A stretch of DNA of 64,000 bases from Carcharhinus amblyrhynchos (lineage: Eukaryota). The notes under the pieces are model-generated. The model was not told where the DNA came from. It was given only the letters and a program-made list of their open reading frames with translations, and made no database searches. Position numbers and translations under genes: made by a program. Shown here one piece after another: positions 1 through 10,700 of this stretch. The first letter of the stretch is position 1. Every line of letters starts with the position of its first letter. Location of the stretch: the NCBI GenBank assembly GCA_965287045.1, contig OZ336885.1, positions 59,148,001-59,212,000 on the forward strand. The letters run 5' to 3'.

Positions 1-755
1 GGAGGATCCGCTGGTCTTGTTGGATTAATTGCAATCCTGGTTGCCGTGAAGATAAAGATGTAAGTGTGATCCTTCATTGTGCAGAATGGAATTGTAAACA
101 TCAACACTCGATTCTGTTTGTCAAAAATTTCTTGAAGCAATTATCCACGAGAAGCGTTGAAAATTTCGGTGAACCATTTCAAGAGCCACCAGCATCATTA
201 ACAGTTGAGTATTAGGGACTGCTTGAATTGTCTGCCTGAACATTCTTCCTGTTACATTATTATCCTTTGATTTTCTCTCTTAAATCTGCACGTCCTGCGG
301 TCTCTCATCTGCCTACATACTTAACCCCATTCAGAACATGTTATATTGTCATGTGATTTGGCAGAAGTATCTTCAGCGTTTACAGAATATGCGCAGGACA
401 ACCTGAAACCTATGTTCAGCTGAATGTTCTTTACCGCAGGGATGTTTCTAATATACTAGAATGTTACGCCCAATCTCAGAATCAAACACTGATTGAAATT
501 GTCAGTAATTGTGACATGTTTCTTTAAAAACAATCTTTAGGTCAACAGGGTGAAGGAGTAGAAATACTTCTTCCAAAATGGCTTATTTCAGTCAGGTATA
601 CTGATATTTTTGGGTGCTTCATTATGAACAATTGTTTCGATGAATGGAACTGGCTGTCTATATTTGAGCGCAGCAAAGGAGCAAACACAAGACTTTCCAA
701 TCCTTCTGATGCACCTGATGATATCGACACAATATACATTAGGGAAACATTCTAG
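1..755 (+). pseudogene. 3' part (TM + Tyr-motif cytoplasmic tail) of a decayed Ig-superfamily (CD2/SLAM-like) receptor gene; 5' part lies outside the window
   Basis: Frame from base 1 reads GGSAGLVGLIAILVAVKIK (TM followed by basic residues). Downstream frames contain ETYVQL, VRYTDI (591-608) and DTIYIRETF-stop (755). Homologous in inverted orientation to 34950-36490, where Ig-like segments lie upstream of the same TM. Contains stops and frameshifts. Confidence 0.45.
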
Positions 756-1009
756 ATCATCCTCAGAAATGTTTTTTATTTATTTGTCATTCAGAAAAAA
801 ATTGGAAGAAGCTGCACATGTAGCAGGAAGGCAGGATGATTTGCTAATTTACCAATCAACATAGACATGTCAAACCCCGACGCAAGTGATGCCCAGCATT
901 GCGGGTAATTGCTACTTTTCAAACCGCAAATGACTCAGGAAAAATTTAATACATCAATGGGAGTTTCAGAAACATGATCCCTGAGGTTTAAGAATGGAGT
1001 GACCGTGCC

Positions 1010-1381
1010 GCGTTCCTGACAGCGAATCATGGAGACTTGACTAAGCCACGTAGAAAGGATAGGAGAACTAGACGGCACAGCCTCAAAATAATGGGGAGGG
1101 AGGGGCGCAGTTTAGATCGGAGTTGAGGAGGAACTCCTTCACTCAAAGGGTGGTGACTCTCTGGAATTCTCTGCCCATTGAAGTGGTGGAAGCTACCTCG
1201 CTGAATATATTTAAGTCACGGGTAGATAGGTTTCTGATAGACAAGGGAATTAAGGGTTATGGGGAGAAAGCGGGAAATTGGAACTGATCCACTTCAGATC
1301 AGCCATGATCTTGTTTAATGGCGGGGCAGGCTCGAAGGGCTAGATGGCCTACTCCTGCTCCTATTTCTTATGTTCTTATGT
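1010..1381 (+). mobile_element. CR1 LINE 3' fragment
   Basis: Remnant of RTRGHSLK..FRSELRRNFFTQRVV.LWNSLP, plus the 3' UTR ggcctactcctgctcctatttcttatgttcttatg. Confidence 0.9.
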
Positions 1382-1529
1382 AGTGAGGTACGCAATCAAA
1401 GTAGGTCGGATTTCTCAAGATTGTCCTTCATAAGTCACACTCCTTCAGGAAGAAAAATCAAAAAGTGATATATCGTGGCTTGGAAATAGAAATAAATCAA
1501 TAGGAAATGCTGGATATCCTCATTCGTTC

Positions 1530-1775
1530 ATGATGTGACCAAACAGGTTGATTAACAGGCTGTGAATCTGATGGATCCATATAATTGCTTATGGGGAAAG
1601 TGGGGGAATATTCTGATCAGCCGAATTGCAGAGGGCAACGAAAAACATTGCAATACTTTACCAAGAAACATCCTGCACCAATCCAAATGAAGTCCATGGA
1701 CGCCCCCATTGGCCCTTGCACCTGATGGAGAAGGAAAAGTCTCGATAAGCTTTTCTACAGCTTGTAAATCTCTGA
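1530..1775 (-). pseudogene. Possible stalk/TM/tail remnant of the minus-strand receptor pseudogene at 3460-4110
   Basis: Minus-strand frames give SMDFIWIGAGCFLV and SLPSAIRLIRIF..KQLYGSI. Conserved in copy B (10800-11080). Separated from the Ig part by TE debris. Confidence 0.25.
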
Positions 1776-1879
1776 ATATTGCCGACTGAATTCGCAGCAG
1801 GATCCATTCTCCGACTCTCAGTTCTCTCTCTCACTCTCTCCCCCCCACCCCGCCCCCACCCTCTCGCTCTTTCCCTCCC

Positions 1880-3010
1880 TGTCCCTTATGGTTCATTACG
1901 CAGGCCCCAGCATTGAATTTGGTGAAGGCTGATCATCCATCTCAATGCTATTCTTCTTAACCCCTAATTTACCCTTTTCCTTTGATGTCCTTATTCTCCA
2001 GAAATCTATCTTGACCTATCTTAAATACTGAGAATCCACAATCCTCTGGGTTAGAGAAAGTTAAAGATATACCACCCTCTCAAACAAAATAAGGAATTCA
2101 TCTTCACCTGAGCTTCAAATGGTCTATGTCTTACTGGGAGAATGTCTACCCTGGTTCCAGAATTGCTTGCAAGTGGACACAACTTATCCACGTCTACCCT
2201 GTCACACGCCCTGTAAGATTTTAATGAGATCACATCTAATCTCTCAAAGCAAAGGTTCACTTTTCTCAATCACTCCACTTATAATTCTCGAAAAAAACCC
2301 GTGTTTAGTCTGGTGAACCTCCATGGCACTCTCCCTATAGTACATGCATCCTTCCTTCGGCAGCAAGACAACAACCGCACACAATACTTCAGATGAGGTC
2401 TCACTACAATTATATAACAGGTGCAAGACATATTTTCGTCTCTATTTAAAACTATTCGTGATGATGCGCAAAATTCCGTTTGTCTTCCTAATCAATTTTA
2501 TCCCATGCATGTTAGATTTTAGTGTCTAATGACGAATGACAACTAAGAGTCTCCAGACGTCAACATTCCCCTGTTTATGCATATACAAAATATTGATATT
2601 GCGGGGAACGTTCCAATTAATTAAATTATGTTCGGAACAAATTACATTCTTCTGTTCACATTCAAGCCTCTGGGTATGTGGTCAAGCCTGTAAGAGATCA
2701 GAGCAAGGGCGAATATGGACGAATTGTTCCCGATAGCAAAATGGTCGACATGAAGAGGGCAATGATTTAAGATGATTACACAACAGAACCGTCGGCGACA
2801 GGAAGATTTTAATTTTTATAAAGTCAAGGGTATAATCTCGAATGCTCCTGGTGATAGTATAGTTTAGGCAGTTCCATTGTTATCTTCTCAAAGTTCTGGA
2901 AAATTAATTGAAGAGAGGAACATTCCACGGCTGCAGAGTAGTAATGTATGGGCTGGGGCGGATGTGATGCTGCAGAGTGCCAGCAAAGGAGACAATCGAC
3001 CGAGTGGCCT
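1880..3010. mobile_element. Degenerate CR1 LINE fragments (minus ~1880-2540, plus 3' end ~2690-3010)
   Basis: Decayed LY..LVRPHLEYC and RGDLI motifs and CR1 3' UTR; the counterpart at 11300-12420 encodes KTSVRPHLEHCVR. Confidence 0.75.
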
Positions 3011-3459
3011 CTCGCTGTGCAGTAACAGTTCAGCAATTGTGCAAACATGTTGATATCGATTATCGACAGAACTGGAATTCCAAGTTCATGATTAATCTGA
3101 TCATGGGTGTAGGGAGTTTTCCATTCTTGAATCTTGACATGATTGGCCACAAACCTAACAGGTTCACCCTGAGGAAACCTTAGTGGCTGGAATGACGGAC
3201 ATTGTGAATCTAGCAGAACCAATTAAACTCATAAAAGGAGGCATAGATTAAATTTTGGCTTTGCAAAACGCTCAGCAGCCTCTCACCAAAACTCTTTCGG
3301 CAACACCCACCAATCCTGAACACCCTTCCTAGCAAAAATGCGTACGTAATTATATTAGGAGGACTGCACTGTTCAAGAAGGGAAGAAGGGCGATAATCGA
3401 TGGACAATAAATGTTGACCTAGACAGTTAGGGCTACATCCATTAACATATTTGTAAACT

Positions 3460-4110
3460 AATCAATGTTGTGTTGCAGCCAACTCTCCCCGGTACAATGC
3501 AGTTGTTGATGATCTTCCTTGTTATGTTCACAATGGAGCCATTTCATGTGCGGAATGGGCATATTGTCTTTTGGATACCATTATACCGCGAGTACTCCCA
3601 GTGTGCAAGCAAAGCTGGATGTTGCGGCAAAGTTACAATCAGTGTTTATTGGTGAAGAGCCTAGCAGTTGTTGGAATTGATTTTGAGCAACAATTAGCAA
3701 AATCAGATTGTTCTCTCTCGGATCTCTCGTATTTTTTCTCGTGTTTAAGCACAGTTTCCATGACAGTGAAGCTAGTCTCAAATTAGTCAGTGGTATTCTA
3801 TTCTTCCTTCCCATGTTTTGAATGCGGTATTGGGAATGCTTCCTTGGATAATCCTCACTTTCCCATCTATCTTCCAAGCGGGAATGCTGGAAATTGCCTT
3901 GTCAATCGAGTTTAGGAACTTTAGTTTACTTCTGAGCCAACTGTATGCCTGACATTGACACCCAGACAGCCTTTCCGCTGTGAATGAAAAACCTTAAACA
4001 ATTGTATCTTAACCCTCATGCAACCATGAATGACCTGCAATTGTCAGCGCTGTGGAAGCTGCATAAAACCACAACTGCGAAAAAGAGACCATTCGACCTT
4101 TGCACCGATT
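3460..4110 (-). pseudogene. Decayed CD2/SLAM-like receptor: signal peptide, IgV and IgC2 in one continuous frame
   Basis: One frame with only four internal stops: LFFAVVVLC (signal), RFFIHSGKAVWVSMSGI, SRLEDRWE..SQYRIQNM, ILLIVAQ, SSPINTDCNF..FAC..V*WYPKDNMPI, EDHQQLHCTGES. Includes ORF 3581-3877. Confidence 0.45.
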
Positions 4111-4194
4111 CTACAAAAGAACTTGTTTCCCAGGAGCACCCGTTGCCCTATCCCCGTTACCATGGCTATCTCACTTTAGAATATACATTCTAAA

Positions 4195-4545
4195 GGAGGG
4201 GGTCGGTTAGTTCAGTTGGCTGGAGGGTTGATTCATGATACAAATTGCCATGAAAAGTGTGGATTCTATTCCCATACAGGCTTAGATAATTCATGAAGTC
4301 CACACTTTCTCAACCATACCGCTCACCTGAGGTCTGATGACTCCACAGTCACTCTTGAATCACAGGGATTAGCGGGTAAATGTGTAGGGATATGGGGATA
4401 GGGCCTGGGTGGGATTGTGTTCAGTGCAGACTCGATGGGCCGAAGGGCCTCTTTCTGCACTGTAGGGTTCTATGTTCTATGTTCTATGTTCTCTCTCAAA
4501 GGGGACAGCAGCCTATGATCCTCCTATACCGAGGCGACATTTCAC
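4195..4545 (+). mobile_element. tRNA-derived SINE with a nested HE1/V-SINE 3' end (4355-4492) ending in (ttctatg)n
   Basis: tRNA-like head ttagttcagttggctgga..ggattctattccc. Nested gactcgatgggccgaagggcctctttctgcactgtagggttctatgttctatg is absent from the copy-B counterpart (14185-14395). Confidence 0.8.
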
Positions 4546-4679
4546 TTTATATTCCACAGGATATGTCAACACCCCCATCCAAAAAAAATCATCACATTCC
4601 TCTAAAAGAAATGTGGCAGAGGAAGTTGCACCCACTATATGGGTTTTACATATCTGGTTCTCATTATGAACTTTTCTGT

Positions 4680-5000
4680 AAAATCATAAATACATAATAC
4701 GAAGGAAGCCGTTCAGCCCATCGAGGGTGTACCCGGGTGGGACAACAATCCCACCCTGGTCATATCCACGTACCCACAATGTTTTGCCTTGCAAATCTGC
4801 CTGATTAGAGATGCAAGTTAGCATGGACAATCCACACAATCTGCATTTCTTGGATCATGGAGACAACCGGAGCACCCAGAGGAAACCCACGCAGACACTA
4901 GAAGAAAGTGCAAGCTCCACGCAAGCAGTCCCCTGAGGTGGATATTGAATCCGGGTCCCTGGCGCTTGAGGAAGCAGTGCAAACCATTGTGCCACCAATG
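4680..5000 (-). mobile_element. HE1/V-SINE-type SINE (shared with 14510-14830)
   Basis: ggagcacccagaggaaacccacgcagacac core and tRNA-like head gaatccgggtccctggcgc..gaggaagcagtgc. Confidence 0.85.
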
Positions 5001-5077
5001 TTGTTTGTGGACTGAGTGTATCCAGGAGCAGTGATCTGTTTCATTGCAGGCAGATTTTCTATAGTTCTGATTCTCAC

Positions 5078-5395
5078 AGAATCATATAATCCTACAAAAC
5101 AGGAGGAGGCCATGCGGTCCATTGAATCTGCAGTGACCACAATCCCACCCAATTCTTACCCCCATAGCTCCATACATTTATACTAGCTAGTCCCCTGGAT
5201 CTAAGGGGCAATTTAGCATGGCCATTCCAACTAACACACACATCTTTGGACAGTGGGAGGAAACTGGAGCACCCGGAGGAAACTCATGCAGACATGGGGA
5301 GAACGGGCAAATCCACTCAGACAGTAACCCAAGCTTGGAATCGAGCCCAAGTCCCTGGTGCTGTGAGGCAGCAGCATTAAGCATTGTGCCACATT
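5078..5395 (-). mobile_element. HE1/V-SINE-type SINE, specific to copy A
   Basis: Full head to tail: caatttagcatggcc, ggagcacccggaggaaac, tgtgaggcagcagcattaagcattgtgccac. No counterpart near 14940. Confidence 0.9.
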
Positions 5396-5462
5396 CTCTC
5401 CGTATGTCAGCAGAAGGACATGTGTAAGGGACAGTTTGCAACTCTCTACCTCGTTTTCACAG

Positions 5463-6760
5463 CTCTCAGGGAAGAATTTGACATCGCTACCAGAGCACGA
5501 CCCCACAGCATATTGGGAAAAAATGGCTACCCAACAACCCTCTCATTGGTTCCTTTGTTGACAACATGAAATGCACTTTGCAGTTTAGTAGAGAAACACT
5601 TCTGACAGTTTCAGAGAGAAAATATTTTGAGTCCAAGCCCCACTTTCCTTCTCGATCCTCCTGGTTTGCAATTCTGGAAGCAGATTGCCTGGCTACCAGA
5701 TCAGATAACAAACTCTTCAACATATCCACGATGGAAACAAAGGGAAATTACTGCGACTCTTAATCAGAGTATCGGTCTACCTTGATTATACACGGTTAGC
5801 AACAGTCATTACTTGTCTTAGATATACCATTTGCTTATTCCCCCCTCATAAGAAAGCACTATGACAAATCTGGTTATGAAAGAGGGAGATGTACCTCGCA
5901 CCGTGGTCAGGAATAGCACAGTGATTGACTTGTTGCTCTTGGGAGTTGCTGCTGTCAAAATGGTTGGGGGTTTTCAGATCACTGAGAGGGTTCTGTCCCC
6001 TGATTTCTGGTCCAAGATCGAGCCCTCAGTCACCACGACTATATGCTGCCTATTTTTAATTTTCAGTATTGCATCCTGCATATGAAGATAAACTTTGCTC
6101 TAAGTTGAAAGAAAAATAAACAATCATGAGTCCCTGATGGATAGCCACCCGATGCTTAATGAAAATAAGCAGTAATCACCCTTAGCCGACGAGTGAATTC
6201 TATAAGCAAAGTGTCATACTACTCCCAGTAGCAAGACACTGGTTTATGACAACATTATCCTTAGCACCTTCCTTCATTTCTGGGAAGCAAAAGCAGCTGA
6301 GGTTTATGAAGAAAATAGTCGCAGCCTGGATATCAGAGGAAAGAACAAAATTATTGATAAACCGTTTCCACAAAGACAGATGTCCAGCGTGTGCCAATCC
6401 TTATCAAGTAGATGCAACTTCGTTCGCTCACATCTATTCAAAGGATTGAAGATGGTCGCAATCCTGTGGATCAACTTCAAGATGAGGAAAGCAAGAGTAG
6501 GTGATGAGTCGATTGTGGCTTCAATGACGATTGGATGCATAGCATGAAGACACGTATTTTCACGAGTGGAAGTCACTATCCAACTAGAGAGGCGGATGGT
6601 GACATGCCGCATGAGCTGGTGGATGCCATCCTGACAACAAGTAACCACAGTGGCTTTGCACCAGGATCCAATGCCAAAGGCAGCGACCAGCAATGATGAT
6701 TGTTAACCAGTTCTAATACTCTGATTGCAATTCACCGACCGATCATATCAGCGGGACTCG
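5463..6760 (+). pseudogene. Decayed single-coding-exon CD2/SLAM-like receptor (signal, IgV, IgC2, TM, long tail)
   Basis: Splice acceptor ttttcacag at 5462 is conserved in copy B. ATG at 5523. ENILSPSPTFLLDPPGLQFWKQIAW resembles the CD84-type GILGESVTFP...IAW. Followed by YPRWKQR..LNQSI and NLVMKE..VVRNST, then tail motifs LVYDNI and EVYEEN. Multiple stops and frameshifts. Confidence 0.45.
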
Positions 6761-6989
6761 TGTAGCTGAGAAGCCAAATAATCTCACTGTGTCAACCAGA
6801 AGCAAATCTGACCTATTCAGAATGATACCATCACAAATAGGTATGCGGCATTTGCTTCATATCATTTCCAGCGAATGAGGCTAATGCAAATAAAACGTTA
6901 AGATATAAAGTCAGAGTTCATGGAGAAGGCAACAATATTCTACGCTATTAACTGACAGGAGAAAAATGGATCAATATGAGCACTTTGAT

Positions 6990-7960
6990 GAACTGCGCGG
7001 GATTGGATGCCAGAGAGAACTGTGCCAGGATCCCAACGGTTTGTAATCTATACTAACGATTGGACTTAAGAGACAGAAATCACTGTAGCCAAATTTACTG
7101 ACCATAAGTTGCTAGGTGGGAAAGCAAATAGTGAGGAGGATACAAAAATATCTGCAAAGGTGAAATTTGTGGCCAGAGAATTAGAACATGGATAATGATT
7201 AGGGGATATGTGAGATACTGCACTTTGGAAGGAAAAAAAAGAAAAGCATTATGTAAGCGACGAGAGAGTAAAAATGGTAAAAATGGAAGATGCTTGAGTG
7301 TGCTGAAAATGAATTAATATGCAGGTACATCAATAATTAAAATATAATGGCTTACAGGCAATTATTTAAAGGGTGCAAAACATAAGCTAGCTTGCTACAA
7401 CTGCACATGGTATTGGTGATGTCACACCGAGTGCACTGCATAGAGTTTGAATCCCCTAATTTAACAACCAATATAATACCAATGGAAGTAGTTCAGGGAA
7501 TGTGCACCAAGTTGGTGTTTGGGATCAAGCTACTATTTTATAAGGAGAGGTTGGGCAGGTTGGAGTTTAGAAGTTGGAAATGTTACCTGAGTGAAGCATA
7601 AATTGTTCTGAGAAGGCTTGACAGGGTAGGTGTTGAGGTGATGCGCAGTGAGGGCTGGTATCTGGAACACAGTTTCCGAAGAATGGGTCTAGAATTTCCC
7701 TGAAATTTTAAAGAATTTTTTTTCTCTCACTCAAAGTTGCATTTAACGTTGGGATTCCGTACTTCAGCGAAAACTTGAAGCTGCATCATTAACTATTTCA
7801 AGGCTGACTTGAAAATATTTCTTACATTTAGAAGGAAGTCAAAGGTTATGTGAGGAAGCCGGAAAGAGATATTGAGGCACCTTCGGATCCGCCATGGTCA
7901 CAGTGAATGGCACCACATGATTCAGGGGCTGTGTGTCATATTCTAGTCCCCATAAGTTGA
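6990..7960 (+). mobile_element. Degenerate CR1 LINE ORF2 3' part
   Basis: Remnants of KFADD.K, LLQL..VLV..H.., YKERLGRLEFR and the 3' UTR. Counterpart at 17550-18430. Confidence 0.85.
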
Positions 7961-8283
7961 TATTACCTCATATTTGTGAAGTGGGGATTGCTGTGTGGAA
8001 ATAGGGAACAGCATCGGCTTCAATTTGAATATATTCCATGAACACTGGAGCTTGTCCTGAAGTAATCTACGGGGCGACAGAAATTGAAGCCTTAGCCCCG
8101 AGAGCAAGGTCTATCAAGCAGCCTGAGTTAATAAGGACAAATTCATGAAATATGGCACATGATAAATGCAGCCATTTCCAATGGAAGATTCAGGAAATCT
8201 TTACTATTACAATATTTCTGTGCGCTTTAAAAAGACCATTGTCGATCTAATCTCTCCTAGTGTATCAAGATAGCTAAGATGCT

Positions 8284-8475
8284 CTAGCCTAGTGTGTCTG
8301 CTAAATTAATTGCAACTGGTATCAGGTCCCCTGAGCTCCCTCTCTCACTGGGAGGTCCTCCTGGGGTTATATTAGATGATGCCTGACTTACTCCATCTTT
8401 GTGTTTCCGTGTGCAGCTGTCTCGAGCTGTAGAATACGTCACTGACTCTCTCCGAGGATGGGAGGTTCGGTCCGG
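8284..8475 (-). pseudogene. Cytoplasmic-tail remnant with an ITIM-like motif
   Basis: RESVTYSTARDSC (8425-8442) aligns with EGVAYAAVEDSC in copy B (18907-18924), a VxYxxV ITIM consensus. Confidence 0.4.
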
Positions 8476-8477
8476 AT

Positions 8478-9915
8478 CTCTGTAACTTCCTTCAGCCATT
8501 ACAATCTCCCACTTTCTGCACCCTCCTTAAGCCGCTGGAATCTTCCGATTCTCAGTAGATGTCACAGCTCCTACAAAACTTCCTTCCATTGTAAACTTCG
8601 CCAGGCTCAAAAACCCTGCCTATCTTTATATCTTACTGCAGCTCATGCAAATCTCTCTACCTCAGTAACCACCTCCAGAACCTGCAGCCCGACCAAACTC
8701 TGTAACTTTCATTAAACACTGCAACTCCTCCTTTCTCCAAAACATCCTCTAGCCTGCGGAATATTCCATACTTCTGCAGCAGCATTCAGACCCTGCAAAC
8801 TTCCTTTCCCTCCAAACTCCTCAATCTGCTACAAACCAGTTCATCATTGGACATTCCTTAATACACCACAGCCCTATCAATTTTCGTAAACTCACCCAGC
8901 ACGTCCAATCATACCTTCTGTTGAATTCACCTCTGCCCCATACAATCTTCCCACACTAGATAAACGACTCCAAAAAGTCCTGCCCTTCCAATCAATTTAA
9001 CCTTTCCCAGTGTAATTAACATTGCACAACTCTGTAACTTTCTCCAGCCTCGACACCTGACCTGTGTAATGTGTTAAACAAGTTTCAATCCTTACGCCCC
9101 TCCAAATGATTACAAGCTCCTCTTCACGCAACCCTCATTATCTGTGTAATCTCCAGTGACTTGTAGAAGGTTCCCAATCGCTATGTCTTCCTCCAGCCTT
9201 ACAACCCTTCCTATCACTGTAACCTCCTCCAGCCTCTAAAACCCTGCCTACCTCTGTGACAGCCGCCAGGCCTCACAACCTTCCTTATTTCTGTAAACAA
9301 ATCCAGTCCCAATAAAGCCCCTATCTAGATTAGGTACTACAACCAATATTGCCTTCCCGATCTCAGTAACCTCGCCCAGCTCCTACAACTCTCACTGTAT
9401 TTGCAACCTCCATCAGATGCTAAAATTCATCCCACATCTAGATCTGGTACATCCTCAAACACCTAAAAACCTCCTTCTCCATGTAACCTCAGCTAACCAC
9501 CGAAACACTCCCCACATCCATAACCGTTTCCAGACTCGTCATTTTTTTTATGCAACCCCACCTCCAGAATAAATCGTATATCTGTCAACGTGTTCACTGC
9601 TACAACATCCCTCATCTTTGTAACCTGCTCCAACCCTTACAAACCTCCATATTCTGTAACCTGTTCAAACACCTAAACCCTTCCTCTCACCATAACCTCC
9701 TGTCAGCCTTACCACCCTCCCTATCGTTTTAATCTCTTCTAGCCCCTCCGATCCTCCAATTCATTGTAAACTACTCCAGCCCCTGGACCCTCCCTAATGC
9801 TGTTACCTTTTCCAACCCCGAAAATCCTCTCTAAACCTGCCACTTCCTCCAGACCCTTATCTTGCAAAAATCACAAGTCTGAAACCCTCCATATCTCTAA
9901 CTTTTGACAGCCTTC
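8478..9915. repeat. Degenerate minisatellite, ~36-37 bp unit (consensus approx. CTCTGTAACCTCCTCCAGCCCTACAACCCTCCCTAT)
   Basis: Recurrent ctgtaac/ctccagcc/aaccctcc motifs; anchors at 9217, 9254 and 9291 are 37 bp apart. Strongly G-poor on the + strand. Confidence 0.85.
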
Positions 9916-9949
9916 AGGGGTTTTGATTTCATGCCCTGTGTATTGTTCG

Positions 9950-10700
9950 TGGTGCTGCCTACTTGCGAAGGAAGTTAATTTTACATCTAGGCTGGTAATG
10001 CAATCAGGCTTTTTTTCTGGAGTGAATCGAGCTCCTTGAGCGTTTATAGAGCTGATCTCATCCAGGCATGCTCAGGAAATTCAATCATACTCCTGACTTT
10101 GCATTGAAGGTGGTAGGCTGTCCTTCTGCAGTAAGGACTTATGTTACTAGCTACATGATTCATGACGTGCTCTGACAGCCACAATATTCATATGACGAGC
10201 CCAATTCAGTTTCATTTCAATAGTAACTCAGTATGTTGATATTGGGAGAGTCAGCGATGGTCAGGTGATAGAATGTCACTGAGTGATGGTTATATTCCAT
10301 AGTGTTGGAAATGGTCCTTGCCTAGTGTTTGTGAAGCACAAATGTTCTTTGCCACTTGTCGGCCCAATCCTGGATATTGTGTAGGTCTTGCTGCATTTGG
10401 ACCTGAACTGCTTAGTATCTGAAGAGTCGTGAATGCGGCTGAGCATTGTGCAGTCCTCAACGAACATCCCACTTTTGAACTTATGAAGGAGGTAATGTGT
10501 TTGATTAATTATTTGATGCCGGTTTCGCCTTGGGCAGTACCCTAACAACTCTTGCAGTAATGAAGTGGGATTGAGGTGACGTGAACAACACCAAAAGCCG
10601 TCGTCCTTTGTGCCAGGTATCGTTGCAACCGGTGGGGAGTTTTTAGTTTTCCACTAAATCCAATGTTCTAGGGCAGTTTGATGCGGCATTTGCTGTAAAC
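9950..10700 (-). mobile_element. L2/Crack-like LINE RT fragment
   Basis: GMFVEDCTMLSRIHDSSDT is a decayed FADD RT motif, followed by QDL.NIQ.WADKWQ in an adjacent frame. Confidence 0.8.

Larger units (their letters stand above)
1530..8475. repeat. Copy A of an old tandem segmental duplication (copy B 10880-18955)
   Basis: Collinear matches from gtgaccaaacaggttgatt (~1535 vs ~10883) to ggatgggaggtt (~8457 vs ~18939), covering both unique segments and shared TE fragments. Confidence 0.92.

Noticed and set aside
4195-4290. tRNA gene
   Set aside because: It has A/B-box-like motifs but no intact cloverleaf, and it continues into a SINE body.
5630-5690. FLLD(S/P)PGL as a GTPase G3 motif (GIMAP/IRG)
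   Set aside because: No upstream P-loop is visible; the context (..IAW) fits an Ig V-domain B-C strand better.
6304-6693. 129-aa minus-strand ORF as a HEAT-repeat or transposase exon
   Set aside because: It is interrupted in copy B, and the plus strand gives a more coherent signal-V-C2-TM-tail reading with a conserved acceptor.
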